From an uncultured delta proteobacterium (GTDB lineage: Bacteria; Desulfobacterota; Desulfobulbia; Desulfobulbales; Desulfocapsaceae), in NCBI GenBank assembly GCA_963824415.1, contig CAWGPM010000016.1:4018-68017 (forward strand): 64,000 nt of DNA, written 5' to 3'. The number at the start of each line of letters is the position of its first letter. Positions within the stretch are counted from its first letter, which is position 1. A program made the position numbers and the translations under genes. Positions 26,416 through 35,999 of this stretch are shown here, in pieces. The notes under the pieces are model-generated. The model was not told the DNA's origin and searched no databases. It was given only the letters and a program-made list of their open reading frames with translations.

Positions 26416-27562
26416 TCAAGAGCCGGGACTGGTCCTCATCTGCGCGCTCGCTTTCTTTTTGCCTATCATCTGCGGCAGGTATCTGTTGAAGGCGTAGATA
26501 AACGGGATGCATAACAACAGGCTGACCACTGTTGTTGTCAATCCGGAAAGAGTAACCGTCGCGGCTGATCCTCCGAGGTTGTCCAAAACCCATTGAGCCA
26601 GTGGCGGATTGATATAGTGGTAGAATATCCCGTTTAAGCACATGAGAACCAGGGTATTCTGGCCCATATATACAATGAGTTTTGGCGGGCGATTCATGGC
26701 TGCCAGAAAAAGCACCAACAGACATCCGGCCATTGCTGTCAGCGGAAAGAGCAGCATATGTCCGTGGGAGGCAAAAATAATTACCACCGCATCATAGACA
26801 GGAAAATTGAAAGGGCCTTTATTGAGTTGATAGGTAAGAAGGACAACGGCAAAGAGGATGATCGCGCCTGGGACTGCAATTTTAAGAGACACACGTTCGG
26901 CAAAGTAAGTCTTGCGCCTCAGGTAGATTCCGATCAGGTAAAATCCATATAAGGTTATGGCCTCATGAATAAAAAAATAGTTCCAGCCGACGGTCCGGCC
27001 CTTGAGCGGATTGAAGATATCGAGCTTCAGGTTGATCAGATAGCCAATTGTATAGAAGAGAACTGCACCAATCAATATCTTCCTGTTTGAATCCCGCAGA
27101 AAACGGAAAAACGTGTAATGAACCAGTTCGACACCAATAATAAGCAAGAGGAACCAGGAGGGAACACAGAAGAGCGGAAGCCCGAAAATCGTGCCAATCA
27201 ATCCTTTCGCATAGCCCTGCATACTCGGCAGATCCAGATCGAAAAATTTTCCTTCAAAGAAAAACGTAGGAATTATCATCAGGAAAGTAAAAAAGATATA
27301 GGGCAGCAGCCGGCTGGAAAATCTGTTTCTGGCAAACGCTGCTAGCGTTCAACTCAAAGGTCCTCGGCTTGGCGACATATCCCGCCAGGAGAATGAACAG
27401 GACCATATGGAACGAATAGATAAACTTGTACTGGCTGGCGGCAACCGGATTTTTCAGAAGCATCAACTCTTCGATGAAATGACCATAGAAAACCAGGCCA
27501 ATTCCATAGCATCTTGCGACATCTATAACGGTAAATCGTGTCTTGCCCATTGTGTTTTCCAT
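26416..27562 (-). pseudogene. acyltransferase family 3 (OafA-like) membrane protein, interrupted by a frameshift
   Basis: The N-terminal ORF (27562..27254, ...VIDVARCYGIGLVFYGH...FHMVLFILLAGYVAKP) and the C-terminal ORF (27279..26416) are in different frames. The second frame reads FARNRFSSRLLPYIFF right after a TGA at ~27345, so a 1-nt shift near 27335..27345 would restore one protein. Confidence 0.65.
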
Positions 27563-27696
27563 GTAATGACTTCCCTTTTTGATTTGCCGTACCGGTGGTT
27601 TGCAGGTTCGTTTAATCGGAGGAAAACTATTAACCAGCGCATATCTTAAACTACTTTCTGAAACTTTTCAGTGCGTTCGGTCCGAAGGCAGCTTTT

Positions 27697-27843
27697 TACC
27701 AGTTTAAAATATTGTCTTTAAGTTCAAGCCCTGCGCAGCGCGCGAACATTTTATCCTGGCATGAGCAGCCGCATGCTTGCGGAAAAATGCAGACCCGCCT
27801 TCAGCATCCAGCCCAAGATCAACAAACATTTCAAGGTAGCCTT
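27697..27843 (+). repeat. degenerate family-1 repeat copy
   Basis: ttaccagtttaaaatATTGTCTTTaagttcaagcCCTGCGcaGCGCGCGAAcATTTTATCCT...GCTTGCGGaAAAAT...tttcAAGGTAGCCttt keeps the order of conserved blocks but with much lower identity. Confidence 0.5.
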
Positions 27844-27884
27844 TAACCGTATGAAAGAACAAACGATTCAGAGAAGGCCATTTC

Positions 27885-27913
27885 TTGCACGTTTAAAACA
27901 AATGTTTTATATT
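27885..27913 (+). promoter_or_regulatory. sigma-70 promoter with embedded inverted repeat (candidate TetR operator)
   Basis: TTGCAC (27885..27890), 17-nt spacer, TATATT (27908..27913). The spacer contains AAAACAaaTGTTTT (27895..27908). Confidence 0.4.
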
Positions 27914-27948
27914 TATGTTTAAAATGATCATTTAATTCGGAGACGATA

Positions 27949-28614
27949 ATGTCTGAGCAGACCCTGGAAACAAAAGAGCGAATCCTCAAAGCTGCCGGGG
28001 ATATCTTCGGGCAGAGAGGATTCAAGGACACCACGATCCGGGCCATCGCCGAGCAGGCGAAGGTCAATATCGCGGCGGTCAACTACCATTTCAGGGATAA
28101 GGAGGGGCTCTATGGGATGGTGCTTGAGGATGTGTTTCGAACCGGTTTTACCCGCTTTCCCGTGTGGCTGGATAAGGAGATTGCAGCAAAGCCCGAAGAA
28201 CAATTGCACGCCTTTATCCGAGCCATGTTCTATCGCCTGCAGAGTAAGGAAGGGTGGGGCGGTTTCTCGGGAAAAGGCAAGTTGATCGCCCGCGAACTGC
28301 TCGACCCCAGCCCCGCGCTCGATCCTGTTCTGGAAAAATACATCAAGCCGCACAAAGATCTGCTCGTCTCAATTATCGCAGACATCATGCAGGTGGAGCA
28401 CGATCCGCAAAAGCTGATGCCCTGTGCCATATCGATTATCGGCCAGTGCATATACTACGCCCTGGCCTCCAGAATCATCAGGAAAATCAGTGCAGGTGAT
28501 GCGCTTGACCTCGACGACCTTGACCGGCTGGCAGACTTTGTCTATCACTTTTCGCTGGGAGGCATTGCCCGGGTCAGAGAAGAATCAATTATGAACACCA
28601 GTGAAGAGTCATGA
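27949..28614 (+). CDS. TetR family transcriptional regulator
   Basis: HTH KERILKAAGDIFGQRGFKDTTIRAIAEQAKVNIAAVNYHF. First gene of an operon arranged like E. coli cecR-ybhGFSR. Confidence 0.9.
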   Translation: MSEQTLETKERILKAAGDIFGQRGFKDTTIRAIAEQAKVNIAAVNYHFRDKEGLYGMVLEDVFRTGFTRFPVWLDKEIAAKPEEQLHAFIRAMFYRLQSKEGWGGFSGKGKLIARELLDPSPALDPVLEKYIKPHKDLLVSIIADIMQVEHDPQKLMPCAISIIGQCIYYALASRIIRKISAGDALDLDDLDRLADFVYHFSLGGIARVREESIMNTSEES

Positions 28615-29798
28615 AAAAACGAATTCTGATTATTGTCGCACTGTTGCTTGTCGGTATCGCAGGATTTTTCGCCTACCGGCATTTCACCGGGCTCGACGAT
28701 GAGTCGGGCCTGAGGTTTTCCGGCAATATCGAGGTTACCGAGGCGCAGATGAGTTTCCGCATTGGTGGTCGGATGCAGCAGCGCCTGGTGGATGAAGGAG
28801 ATATGGTTACGGCCGGCCAGCTGCTGGCCAGGCTGGATAAGAGTGATCAGCGGATTGGTGTCGACCAGGCTGAAGCCAATCTGGCCCACGCCCGTGCGGT
28901 TCTGGCCGAGCTGGAAGCCGGCAGTCGTGTCGAAGATATCGACCGGGCCGAAGCCAGGGTGCTACAGGCCCGTTTCAGCCTGAGCGAGCTGGAAAACGGC
29001 AGCCGCGTCGAGGATATCGCGGCCGCCCAGGCCGAACTGGACCGGGCCGTTGCGGCCGAAAAGTCAGCCGTGGTGCAGCTGAATCGGGCCCACAGTGAGT
29101 ATGAGCGGTACAGCCGGTTGTTCAAGACCAACGGTGTCAGCAAGGACGTCTTCGAAGATTTCAAGGCCCGCTACGATACCGCGGTGAATCAGGTAACCGA
29201 AGCTGAGGGAAGAACCAGAAGCGCCAGCCAGCAGCTCAGTCTGCTCAAGGCGGGACCGCGCATCGAGCAGATTCGGCGGGCGGAGGCTGCCCTGAAACAG
29301 GCTGAGGCGGAATACGCCCTGATCAAAGCCGGTCCCCGGGAGGAGGTTATCGAACAGGCGCGGGCACAGGTTAAGGTAGCAGCAGCGGGGCTCGAGCAGG
29401 CCCAACAGCAGCTCGCCTATACCGAGCTGCTGTCGCCGATGAATGGGGTGGTGCTCAGCGTTGTCGCAGAACCGGGCGAGTATCTCAATCCGGCTTCGCC
29501 GGTGCTCACCCTGGGCCGGTTGGACAAGCCCTGGCTGCGGGCCTATATCAACGAGAGGGACCTGGGCAGGATAAGACTTGACCAGGCGGTCGAGGTGAGC
29601 ACCGACTCCTTCCCAGACAAGATCTACCAGGGCCGGGTCAGCTACATAAGCGCTCAGGCCGAGTTCACGCCGAAAACGGTGCAGACGTTTGAGGAACGGG
29701 TCAAGTTGATGTATCGCATAAAGGTTTCGCTCGACAATGACAATAACGAACTCAAGCCGGGCATGCCGGCCGACGGCTTCATCAGTTTCACAAAATGA
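28611..29798 (+). CDS. HlyD-family membrane fusion protein
   Basis: N-terminal TM, long coiled-coil region with repeated GSRVEDI motifs, beta-barrel C-terminus. Overlaps the TetR stop by 4 nt. Confidence 0.9.
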   Translation: MKKRILIIVALLLVGIAGFFAYRHFTGLDDESGLRFSGNIEVTEAQMSFRIGGRMQQRLVDEGDMVTAGQLLARLDKSDQRIGVDQAEANLAHARAVLAELEAGSRVEDIDRAEARVLQARFSLSELENGSRVEDIAAAQAELDRAVAAEKSAVVQLNRAHSEYERYSRLFKTNGVSKDVFEDFKARYDTAVNQVTEAEGRTRSASQQLSLLKAGPRIEQIRRAEAALKQAEAEYALIKAGPREEVIEQARAQVKVAAAGLEQAQQQLAYTELLSPMNGVVLSVVAEPGEYLNPASPVLTLGRLDKPWLRAYINERDLGRIRLDQAVEVSTDSFPDKIYQGRVSYISAQAEFTPKTVQTFEERVKLMYRIKVSLDNDNNELKPGMPADGFISFTK

Positions 29799-29830
29799 GT
29801 TGAGTCTTCCCCTTTTTGCAATTTCAGCCA

Positions 29831-31804
29831 ATGTCATCACAACAGGCATCAGAACCCAGCCAGCCGGTCATTAAAGCAGATGGACTGACCAAAAATTTCG
29901 GGCAGCTCACCGCAGTCGATCAGCTCGACCTGGAGATTTTTCCCGGAGAAATTTTCGGTCTTGTCGGACCTGACGGTGCCGGCAAGTCGACCAGCCTGCG
30001 CATGCTGGCAACCATCATGGATCCCGATGCGGGATCAGCATATATTGCCGGTTTCAATGCGGCCACGGAAGGAGAAGAGGTCAAGGATCAGCTCGCCTAT
30101 ATGAGCCAGAAATTCGGTCTTTATGTGGATCTCAGCGTCGGGGAGAACATAGATTTTTATGCCGATCTGTATGGGATGAGCCGCAAGGGCAGGAAGCAGC
30201 GTATCGAAGAGCTCCTTGATTTCAGCAATATGCGTCCTTTTATCAAGCGTCGTGCCGGTGATCTTTCCGGCGGCATGAAGCAAAAGCTGCAGTTGGTCTG
30301 CGCGCTGATCCACACTCCGAGGGTCCTGCTGCTCGACGAACCGACCAACGGGGTAGACCCGGTCAGTAGGCGGGATTTCTGGCGCATCCTCAACCGATTG
30401 CGTGAACAGGCGGTTGGCGTTCTGGTGACCACCGCCTATCTCGACGAAGCAGAGCGCTGCGACCGGGTGGGACTTATCGACCAGGGACGCCTGCTGGCCT
30501 GCGGCACACCGGACGAGATAAGAGAGCTGATGGAGGGCCGCATTCTGGCAATCAGAAGCGCTCAGGCCCGCCGGATCGTCGGCCTGCTCCTGGAGCAGCC
30601 GTATAGCAGAAGCGTCAACCTGTTTGGAGACTCCGTCCATCTGGTCTGCGATGATGTCGCTGAGACTGAGATCCAGGTGAAGCAGCTGCTCAAGGAAAGG
30701 GGGTTCGACTTTCAACAGATCCGCGAGATACAGCCTTCGCTCGAGGACGTCTTTGTCAGTCTGCTCGGCCGCAAGGATGTTCAGACTGAGGCAGCGTTGT
30801 CTGCGCCGCTTTTCGCGCCTGCCGCTGCCGAAGACGACGCACTGGCAGTGCAGGTGGAGCATTTGAGCAGGCGATTCGGTTCGTTCATCGCGGTCGACGA
30901 TGTCGGTTTCAAGGTCAGAAAAGGTGAAATTTTCGGATTCCTGGGCCCCAACGGGGCCGGCAAGAGCACTACCATACGCATGCTCTGCGGGCTTCTCAGC
31001 CCCAGCTCAGGCAGCGGTACGGTGGGTGGCTTCGACATCAATCAGCAAGCCGAGCAGATCAAGCTCAATATCGGCTATATGAGCCAGAAATTCTCCCTGT
31101 ATGAAGATCTCACCGTGGAAGAAAATATCGACTTTTACGGCGGTATCTATGGGCTGCGCGGCGACCGACTGGAAGAGCGCAAGCGCTGGGCGCTTGATAT
31201 GGCTGATCTGGCTGAGCATCGTAAAAGCCTCACCGCGACGCTCAGCGGCGGCTGGAAACAGCGGCTGGCTCTGGCCTGCGCGATTCTGCATGAGCCGCCG
31301 ATTATCTTTCTGGATGAACCGACCAGCGGCGTGGACCCGCTGAGCCGTCGGCGCTTCTGGAACCTGATCGATTCGATGGCGGAGCAGGGCATCACCGTAT
31401 TCGTCACCACCCATTATATGGAAGAAGCCGAATATTGCGACCGGATCGTGATGATCTACCAGGGCAGATTGATTGCCTCAGGTTCGCCCATGGAGCTGAA
31501 GACCAGGTTCATGCATGATGAGATCATCGATCTACGCTGTAAGGATCCGCAGGCCCTGCTCGAGCCGATCAGGGCATTGCCCGGGGTCCGTGATGCCGCG
31601 CTGTTCGGTTCAGGCCTGCATATCGTCACCCCGGATAGTGCTGCCACCGTTGCGGCGGTCAACCGCTATCTGGCCTCGCACCCCGCTCCTGAGGTGCGCA
31701 TGGAGACTATCCTGCCGAGCATGGAAGACGTCTTTATCTCACTGATTGAAGAAGTTGACAGAAATCACGGTACCGAGCAGGCCGGCGGGGTGGCAAGGCC
31801 ATGA
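29831..31804 (+). CDS. ABC transporter ATP-binding protein with two fused ATPase domains (YbhF-like)
   Basis: Two Walker A motifs (GPDGAGKST, GPNGAGKST), two signatures (LSGGMKQK, LSGGWKQR) and two Walker B motifs (LLLDEPT, IFLDEPT). Track ORF starts at 29816 (TTG). Confidence 0.9.
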   Translation: MSSQQASEPSQPVIKADGLTKNFGQLTAVDQLDLEIFPGEIFGLVGPDGAGKSTSLRMLATIMDPDAGSAYIAGFNAATEGEEVKDQLAYMSQKFGLYVDLSVGENIDFYADLYGMSRKGRKQRIEELLDFSNMRPFIKRRAGDLSGGMKQKLQLVCALIHTPRVLLLDEPTNGVDPVSRRDFWRILNRLREQAVGVLVTTAYLDEAERCDRVGLIDQGRLLACGTPDEIRELMEGRILAIRSAQARRIVGLLLEQPYSRSVNLFGDSVHLVCDDVAETEIQVKQLLKERGFDFQQIREIQPSLEDVFVSLLGRKDVQTEAALSAPLFAPAAAEDDALAVQVEHLSRRFGSFIAVDDVGFKVRKGEIFGFLGPNGAGKSTTIRMLCGLLSPSSGSGTVGGFDINQQAEQIKLNIGYMSQKFSLYEDLTVEENIDFYGGIYGLRGDRLEERKRWALDMADLAEHRKSLTATLSGGWKQRLALACAILHEPPIIFLDEPTSGVDPLSRRRFWNLIDSMAEQGITVFVTTHYMEEAEYCDRIVMIYQGRLIASGSPMELKTRFMHDEIIDLRCKDPQALLEPIRALPGVRDAALFGSGLHIVTPDSAATVAAVNRYLASHPAPEVRMETILPSMEDVFISLIEEVDRNHGTEQAGGVARP

Positions 31805-32934
31805 ACCTCAGACGCCTGACCGCCGTAGCCCGCAAAGAGACCCTGCACCTGTTGCGCGATTGGCGCAGCCTGACCCTGGCGCTGGCTATTCCCCTGCTGC
31901 TGATTCTACTGTACGGCTATGCACTCACCCTCGACCTGCGCCAGGTTCCCACGGTTATCTGGGATCAGTCACGCAGTGTGGAGAGCCGCGAGCTCCTCAG
32001 TATGTTCAATAACTCTCCCTACTTCAATGTTAAAGGCTACCGCGAGGGGTACGACGGCCTGCAGCAGGCTCTGGACCGCGGTGTGGCGATGGTGGCCCTG
32101 GTGGTTCCCAGTGATTTCGCCGCCAAGGTAAAAGCCGGTAAACCAGTGCAAATCCAGATCATCGGCGATGGCAGTGATGCCAACACCTCGCGGCTGGCGC
32201 TGAACTATGCGGCCACGATCGGGGCGATCTATGCCAGGGAGGTCGGCTCGGCCCAGATGGAGTTCCAAGGTCGTGGCGCCCTGAAGCAGCCGGTCGAGAT
32301 GAAACATCGCTCCTGGTACAACCCCGGTCTGCGCAGCCAGAATGTCTTGATTCCGGGCATCATCGCACTGGTCATGATCGTCGTTGCCGCACTGCTCACC
32401 AGCACGACAATTGCCAAAGAGTGGGAGATGGGGACCATGGAACAGCTCATCAGCACGCCGCTGCGGGGCCCGGAACTCATTTTTGGCAAGGTCACGCCAT
32501 ACTTCTGTATCGGCCTGATCGATGTGAGCCTGGCTGTTTTGATGGGTAAATGGGTTTTCGATGTACCGATTGTCGGCAACGCCGGGCTGCTGTTTCTGAT
32601 GTCTTCGGTTTTTCTGACCGGGGCGCTGTTTTTCGGCCTGACCCTGAGCATCAAGCTCAAATCCCAGGTCCTGGCCAATCAGCTGGCCATCATCGCCGGT
32701 TTTCTCCCCACCCTGATTCTAAGCGGCTTTGTCTTTGCCATCGAAAATATGCCGCTGCCCCTGCAGTTTCTGACCTACATTGTCCCGGCGCGCTACTTTA
32801 TCGCGATTCTGCGCGGTATTTACCTCAAGGGTATAGGACTCGAGATCCTCTGGCTGGATGCGCTGTTTCTGGCGATGTATGCTCTGATCATGATGGTTGC
32901 GGCCCATCGTAATTTCGTTTTCAAACTGGAGTAG
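31801..32934 (+). CDS. ABC-2 type transporter permease (YbhS-like)
   Basis: 377 aa. N-terminal TM, large periplasmic loop, 5 C-terminal TMs. 4-nt overlap with the ATPase gene. Confidence 0.85.
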   Translation: MNLRRLTAVARKETLHLLRDWRSLTLALAIPLLLILLYGYALTLDLRQVPTVIWDQSRSVESRELLSMFNNSPYFNVKGYREGYDGLQQALDRGVAMVALVVPSDFAAKVKAGKPVQIQIIGDGSDANTSRLALNYAATIGAIYAREVGSAQMEFQGRGALKQPVEMKHRSWYNPGLRSQNVLIPGIIALVMIVVAALLTSTTIAKEWEMGTMEQLISTPLRGPELIFGKVTPYFCIGLIDVSLAVLMGKWVFDVPIVGNAGLLFLMSSVFLTGALFFGLTLSIKLKSQVLANQLAIIAGFLPTLILSGFVFAIENMPLPLQFLTYIVPARYFIAILRGIYLKGIGLEILWLDALFLAMYALIMMVAAHRNFVFKLE

Positions 32935-32937
32935 GCG

Positions 32938-34065
32938 ATGCTGCAGCGACTTTTCCGTATGCTCATCAAGGAGTTTCTTCAGATGCTGCGCGATCCGCGG
33001 ATGCGGATTGTCATTTTCGGAATGCCGGTGATCCAGATGACCATCATGGCCTTTGCGTTGACCACCGACGTCACCGACATTCGCCTGGCGGTGCTCGACA
33101 TGGACAAAACCCCTGCTTCCAGGCAGTTGATCAGTGCCTTTACCTCAAGCCGTTATTTCAAGACTTCTCATTCACTCTCCTCGCAGAATGAGATTTTACC
33201 ACTGCTGGATCGCAGCGAGGTTCGGGCGGTCCTGCAGATTCCGGCCGGCTTCAGCGGGGAGATACTGGCCGAAAGAAGTGCTGAAATCCAGCTTCTCACC
33301 GACGGCACGGACAGTAACAGCACCGCCATCGTTCTCGGTTATGCCGGAATCATCATTAATGATTTTAACGATATGAAGCTCAAAGAGCGCCTGGCCAGGA
33401 AAGGCATAACCACGCCGCCCGTGCAGATAACCACCCAGGCCCGGGCCTGGTATAATCCCAACCAGGAGAGCCGTTTCTACTATGTGCCCTCGTTAATTGC
33501 CGTCATGCTCTTTGTCTTCAGCCTATTGCTGACCAGCATCGGCATCGTCAGGGAAAAGGAAATCGGCACCATCGAACAGGTCATGGTGACGCCGATCCGC
33601 GGTACCGAGTTCATTCTCGGTAAGACCATTCCCTATATGATCACCGGCTATATCTCGATGTCGGTCATGCTCGTGGTTGCCTATTTTCTCTTTGGTGTTC
33701 AGGTCAAGGGCAGTCTTGTGCTGCTCTATGGGCTCACTGGAATTTTTCTGGCGGGAAATATGGGAATTGCCTTGATCGTCAGCGGCAGCGCTTCGACCCA
33801 GCAGCAGGCCCTGCTCACCACCTTTCTTATACTGATGCCCTGCGTCATGCTGAGCGGCTTTATGTTCCCGGTCAGCAACATGCCCGATCCGGTCCGCTAC
33901 GCCACCGTATTGAACCCGATACGCTGGTACCTCGAGATCCTGCGGGGCATCGTGATGAAGGACGCCGGGGTCAGCGCGCTCTGGTATGCCATCGCAGCTC
34001 AGAGTGCATTGTCGTTGAGCTTTCTGACGATTGCCATCTCCCGGTTCAAAAAGACCCTTGCGTAA
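32938..34065 (+). CDS. ABC-2 type transporter permease (YbhR-like)
   Basis: 375 aa, same architecture and paralogous to the preceding permease (EKEIGTIEQVMVTPIRG vs EWEMGTMEQLISTPLRG). Confidence 0.85.
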   Translation: MLQRLFRMLIKEFLQMLRDPRMRIVIFGMPVIQMTIMAFALTTDVTDIRLAVLDMDKTPASRQLISAFTSSRYFKTSHSLSSQNEILPLLDRSEVRAVLQIPAGFSGEILAERSAEIQLLTDGTDSNSTAIVLGYAGIIINDFNDMKLKERLARKGITTPPVQITTQARAWYNPNQESRFYYVPSLIAVMLFVFSLLLTSIGIVREKEIGTIEQVMVTPIRGTEFILGKTIPYMITGYISMSVMLVVAYFLFGVQVKGSLVLLYGLTGIFLAGNMGIALIVSGSASTQQQALLTTFLILMPCVMLSGFMFPVSNMPDPVRYATVLNPIRWYLEILRGIVMKDAGVSALWYAIAAQSALSLSFLTIAISRFKKTLA

Positions 34066-34101
34066 TTTGTGCGGAAGTATTTTGACTGATTCGCCCATTT
34101 C

Positions 34102-34365
34102 AGCCTAAATAGTTCACGAGGTGAGACGGCCTGCTAGCCAAGGAGACTTGGGCAAGGCCATATAGCTGATATGCCTTCCCCAAAAGCGATGCGGAATAGC
34201 AGGGCCGTATCGACTCGCCCGCAGGGTGGAAATGCTGGTCTTTGCAGCACTGCTTCTAAAGGGTACAAACGGTGTTGTTTGCATAATTGTGTACCTTTAG
34301 AACAAACTTATGATGTTGTTCAGATAATAATAGTTTTCGTTGTTTTTCCATGAAATATTCAGGTT
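34102..34365 (+). mobile_element. family-2 TIR-bounded non-coding element, copy A (264 bp, MITE-like)
   Basis: Left end AGCCTAAATAGTTCACG. The right end CATGAAATATTCAGGTT is its imperfect inverted complement. About 88% identical over the full length to 37724..37985. No consistent ORF. Confidence 0.75.
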
Positions 34366-34505
34366 GGGGGGATGTTTGAAATTCCTTTAGCTGCTACTAT
34401 GATTAATAGTCTGCCAGTGAATCGTTTAAAAACGCCGACAAAACGGGTGAAACGGTTACTCCCTGATAAGCCGCATCATTTACCAGAGCCGCGAGGAACA
34501 AAGCA

Positions 34506-35924
34506 ATGACAGAGCACCAGACAGAAAACATTACTATCTGCGAAACAACAGGCCACCTTGAAAAATTGTCTTTTTGCCCAAACGCTGCGTTGCGTGCAAA
34601 AAAGTTATCCTCGGAATATCAACTATATGCTTGCCGTAAAAATTTAATACGCGCCTTGATTTTGAACCAAATTCCTAATTTTGCAAGGTACCCAACACAA
34701 TTAAGCTGTCTAATTTTGGGTATTTTATTGCTTTTCCTGCCAACCCTGAGTCAGGCGGCGTTTGAAAAACCGGCAACCCATTCTGCCCAGTCGCTGCTCA
34801 AGCCAGAGTTGCTCAAAGGAAAGCACTTTTCTGTGGCTGATGAGGTGCAGAGCGACGGGTTTTTCTATCGCTTTTCGGTCTCCTCCCCGTTTGGGGACTT
34901 CACGGCGGAATCGATGACCGAGCTGCAGCGTCTGGTCAATGAAATTGAGGCTATTGCCGCGATGAAAACGGTTAAAACCGACGATACCGCCATTGCCTCG
35001 GCTAAACAGGCCGGACAGAACACGGTAACCGGATTAAAGAATCTGTTCACCAACCCCGAAGAAACGCTCGAAGGCGCCGCGGCAGGAGTCAGCAGCCTGT
35101 TCAACCGGACCAGGGAGACGATCGGCAAAAGGAAAGTCACCGATGCCGAGGACAGCCAGGTGGAACAGGTGATAGGGCTGTCCAAGGCCAAGGGAAAGAT
35201 CGCCACGCAATACGGCGTTAATGTCTATTCCCGCAATCAGCCATTGCAGGAAGAGCTCGAACGGCTGGCCTGGGCGGACTATCTCGGCGGTTTAGGCGTT
35301 GGCGCTGCAACGAGCTTCATACCGGGTGTAGGTGGAGTTGTCCTGACAGTGTCTGGAACGTCCAGACTGCTCAATGAAGCCATTAATACAACCCCGCCCT
35401 CAGAACTCTGGCTGCAGAACAAGAACAAATTGCTGGGGCTGGGGATGGATCAGGACACGGTGCAGTTGTTTCTGAACAACCATGTTTTTACTCCTGCATT
35501 GACCACGGTCATAACTGTTGCACTGCAATCGATGAAAGGGGTCGAAAATCTGGAACTCTTCCTGAAGATCTCGCTGCAGGCCAATACGCCGGCAATGGCC
35601 CGTGCGATATCAGAAATTGCCGTGTTGACTGCCGCCTATCACAAGAGAGTAGCACCGCTGGCCTCCATCAGGCTGTTTGGCAGGATAGTCAGAGCAGAAG
35701 GGGCGGACGGATCGGCTGTCGTCATCCTGCCGGTCGACCGGCTTATCTGGAGTGAAAATGTCGCTGGTCTGGTCGAATCGCTGAGCCATGAAGCGGGTGC
35801 AGATATAAGCAAGCAGATCTGGATGCTCGGGGTACCGAGCGAGATGGCCAGTGCCGAGCTCAAAAAAGCAGGATACCAGATCCACACCGACGTGCGTACC
35901 GATCTGGTTCCGGCTGACAAGTGA
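34506..35924 (+). CDS. hypothetical secreted protein; start codon uncertain
   Basis: Long ORF with the signal-like segment LSCLILGILLLFLPTLSQA^AF. The first ~60 codons of the track ORF are the family-1 repeat copy C3. An in-frame TTG (..TTG ATT TTG AAC..) within the repeat is a possible start. Confidence 0.6.
   Translation: MTEHQTENITICETTGHLEKLSFCPNAALRAKKLSSEYQLYACRKNLIRALILNQIPNFARYPTQLSCLILGILLLFLPTLSQAAFEKPATHSAQSLLKPELLKGKHFSVADEVQSDGFFYRFSVSSPFGDFTAESMTELQRLVNEIEAIAAMKTVKTDDTAIASAKQAGQNTVTGLKNLFTNPEETLEGAAAGVSSLFNRTRETIGKRKVTDAEDSQVEQVIGLSKAKGKIATQYGVNVYSRNQPLQEELERLAWADYLGGLGVGAATSFIPGVGGVVLTVSGTSRLLNEAINTTPPSELWLQNKNKLLGLGMDQDTVQLFLNNHVFTPALTTVITVALQSMKGVENLELFLKISLQANTPAMARAISEIAVLTAAYHKRVAPLASIRLFGRIVRAEGADGSAVVILPVDRLIWSENVAGLVESLSHEAGADISKQIWMLGVPSEMASAELKKAGYQIHTDVRTDLVPADK
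34551..34693 (+). repeat. family-1 repeat, full copy C3
   Basis: GGCCACCTTGAAAAATTGTCTTTTTGCCC...CCTAATTTTGCAAGGTACCC. Overlaps the 5-prime end of ORF 34506..35924. Confidence 0.9.
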
Positions 35925-35999
35925 AGCGTGGCTGAAAAGCCATAATTGGATCAAATCTGAATTAAAAGATCTTTAGCGTTGCACATAGTGGGTTAGCCA

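Noticed and set aside
34102-34365. Considered whether the family-2 core is a known riboswitch or ribozyme (c-di-GMP-I/GEMM because of the GNRA hairpin, cobalamin because of GGTGGAAATGC, hammerhead because of CUGAU in one loop).
   Set aside because: The conserved boxes I remember for these classes are absent or present in only one copy: ACGCAAAGCC-type for GEMM, the B12 box, and CUGAUGA plus GAAA. The 88% identity over the whole 263 bp, with TIRs, fits a mobile repeat better. This needs an Rfam scan.
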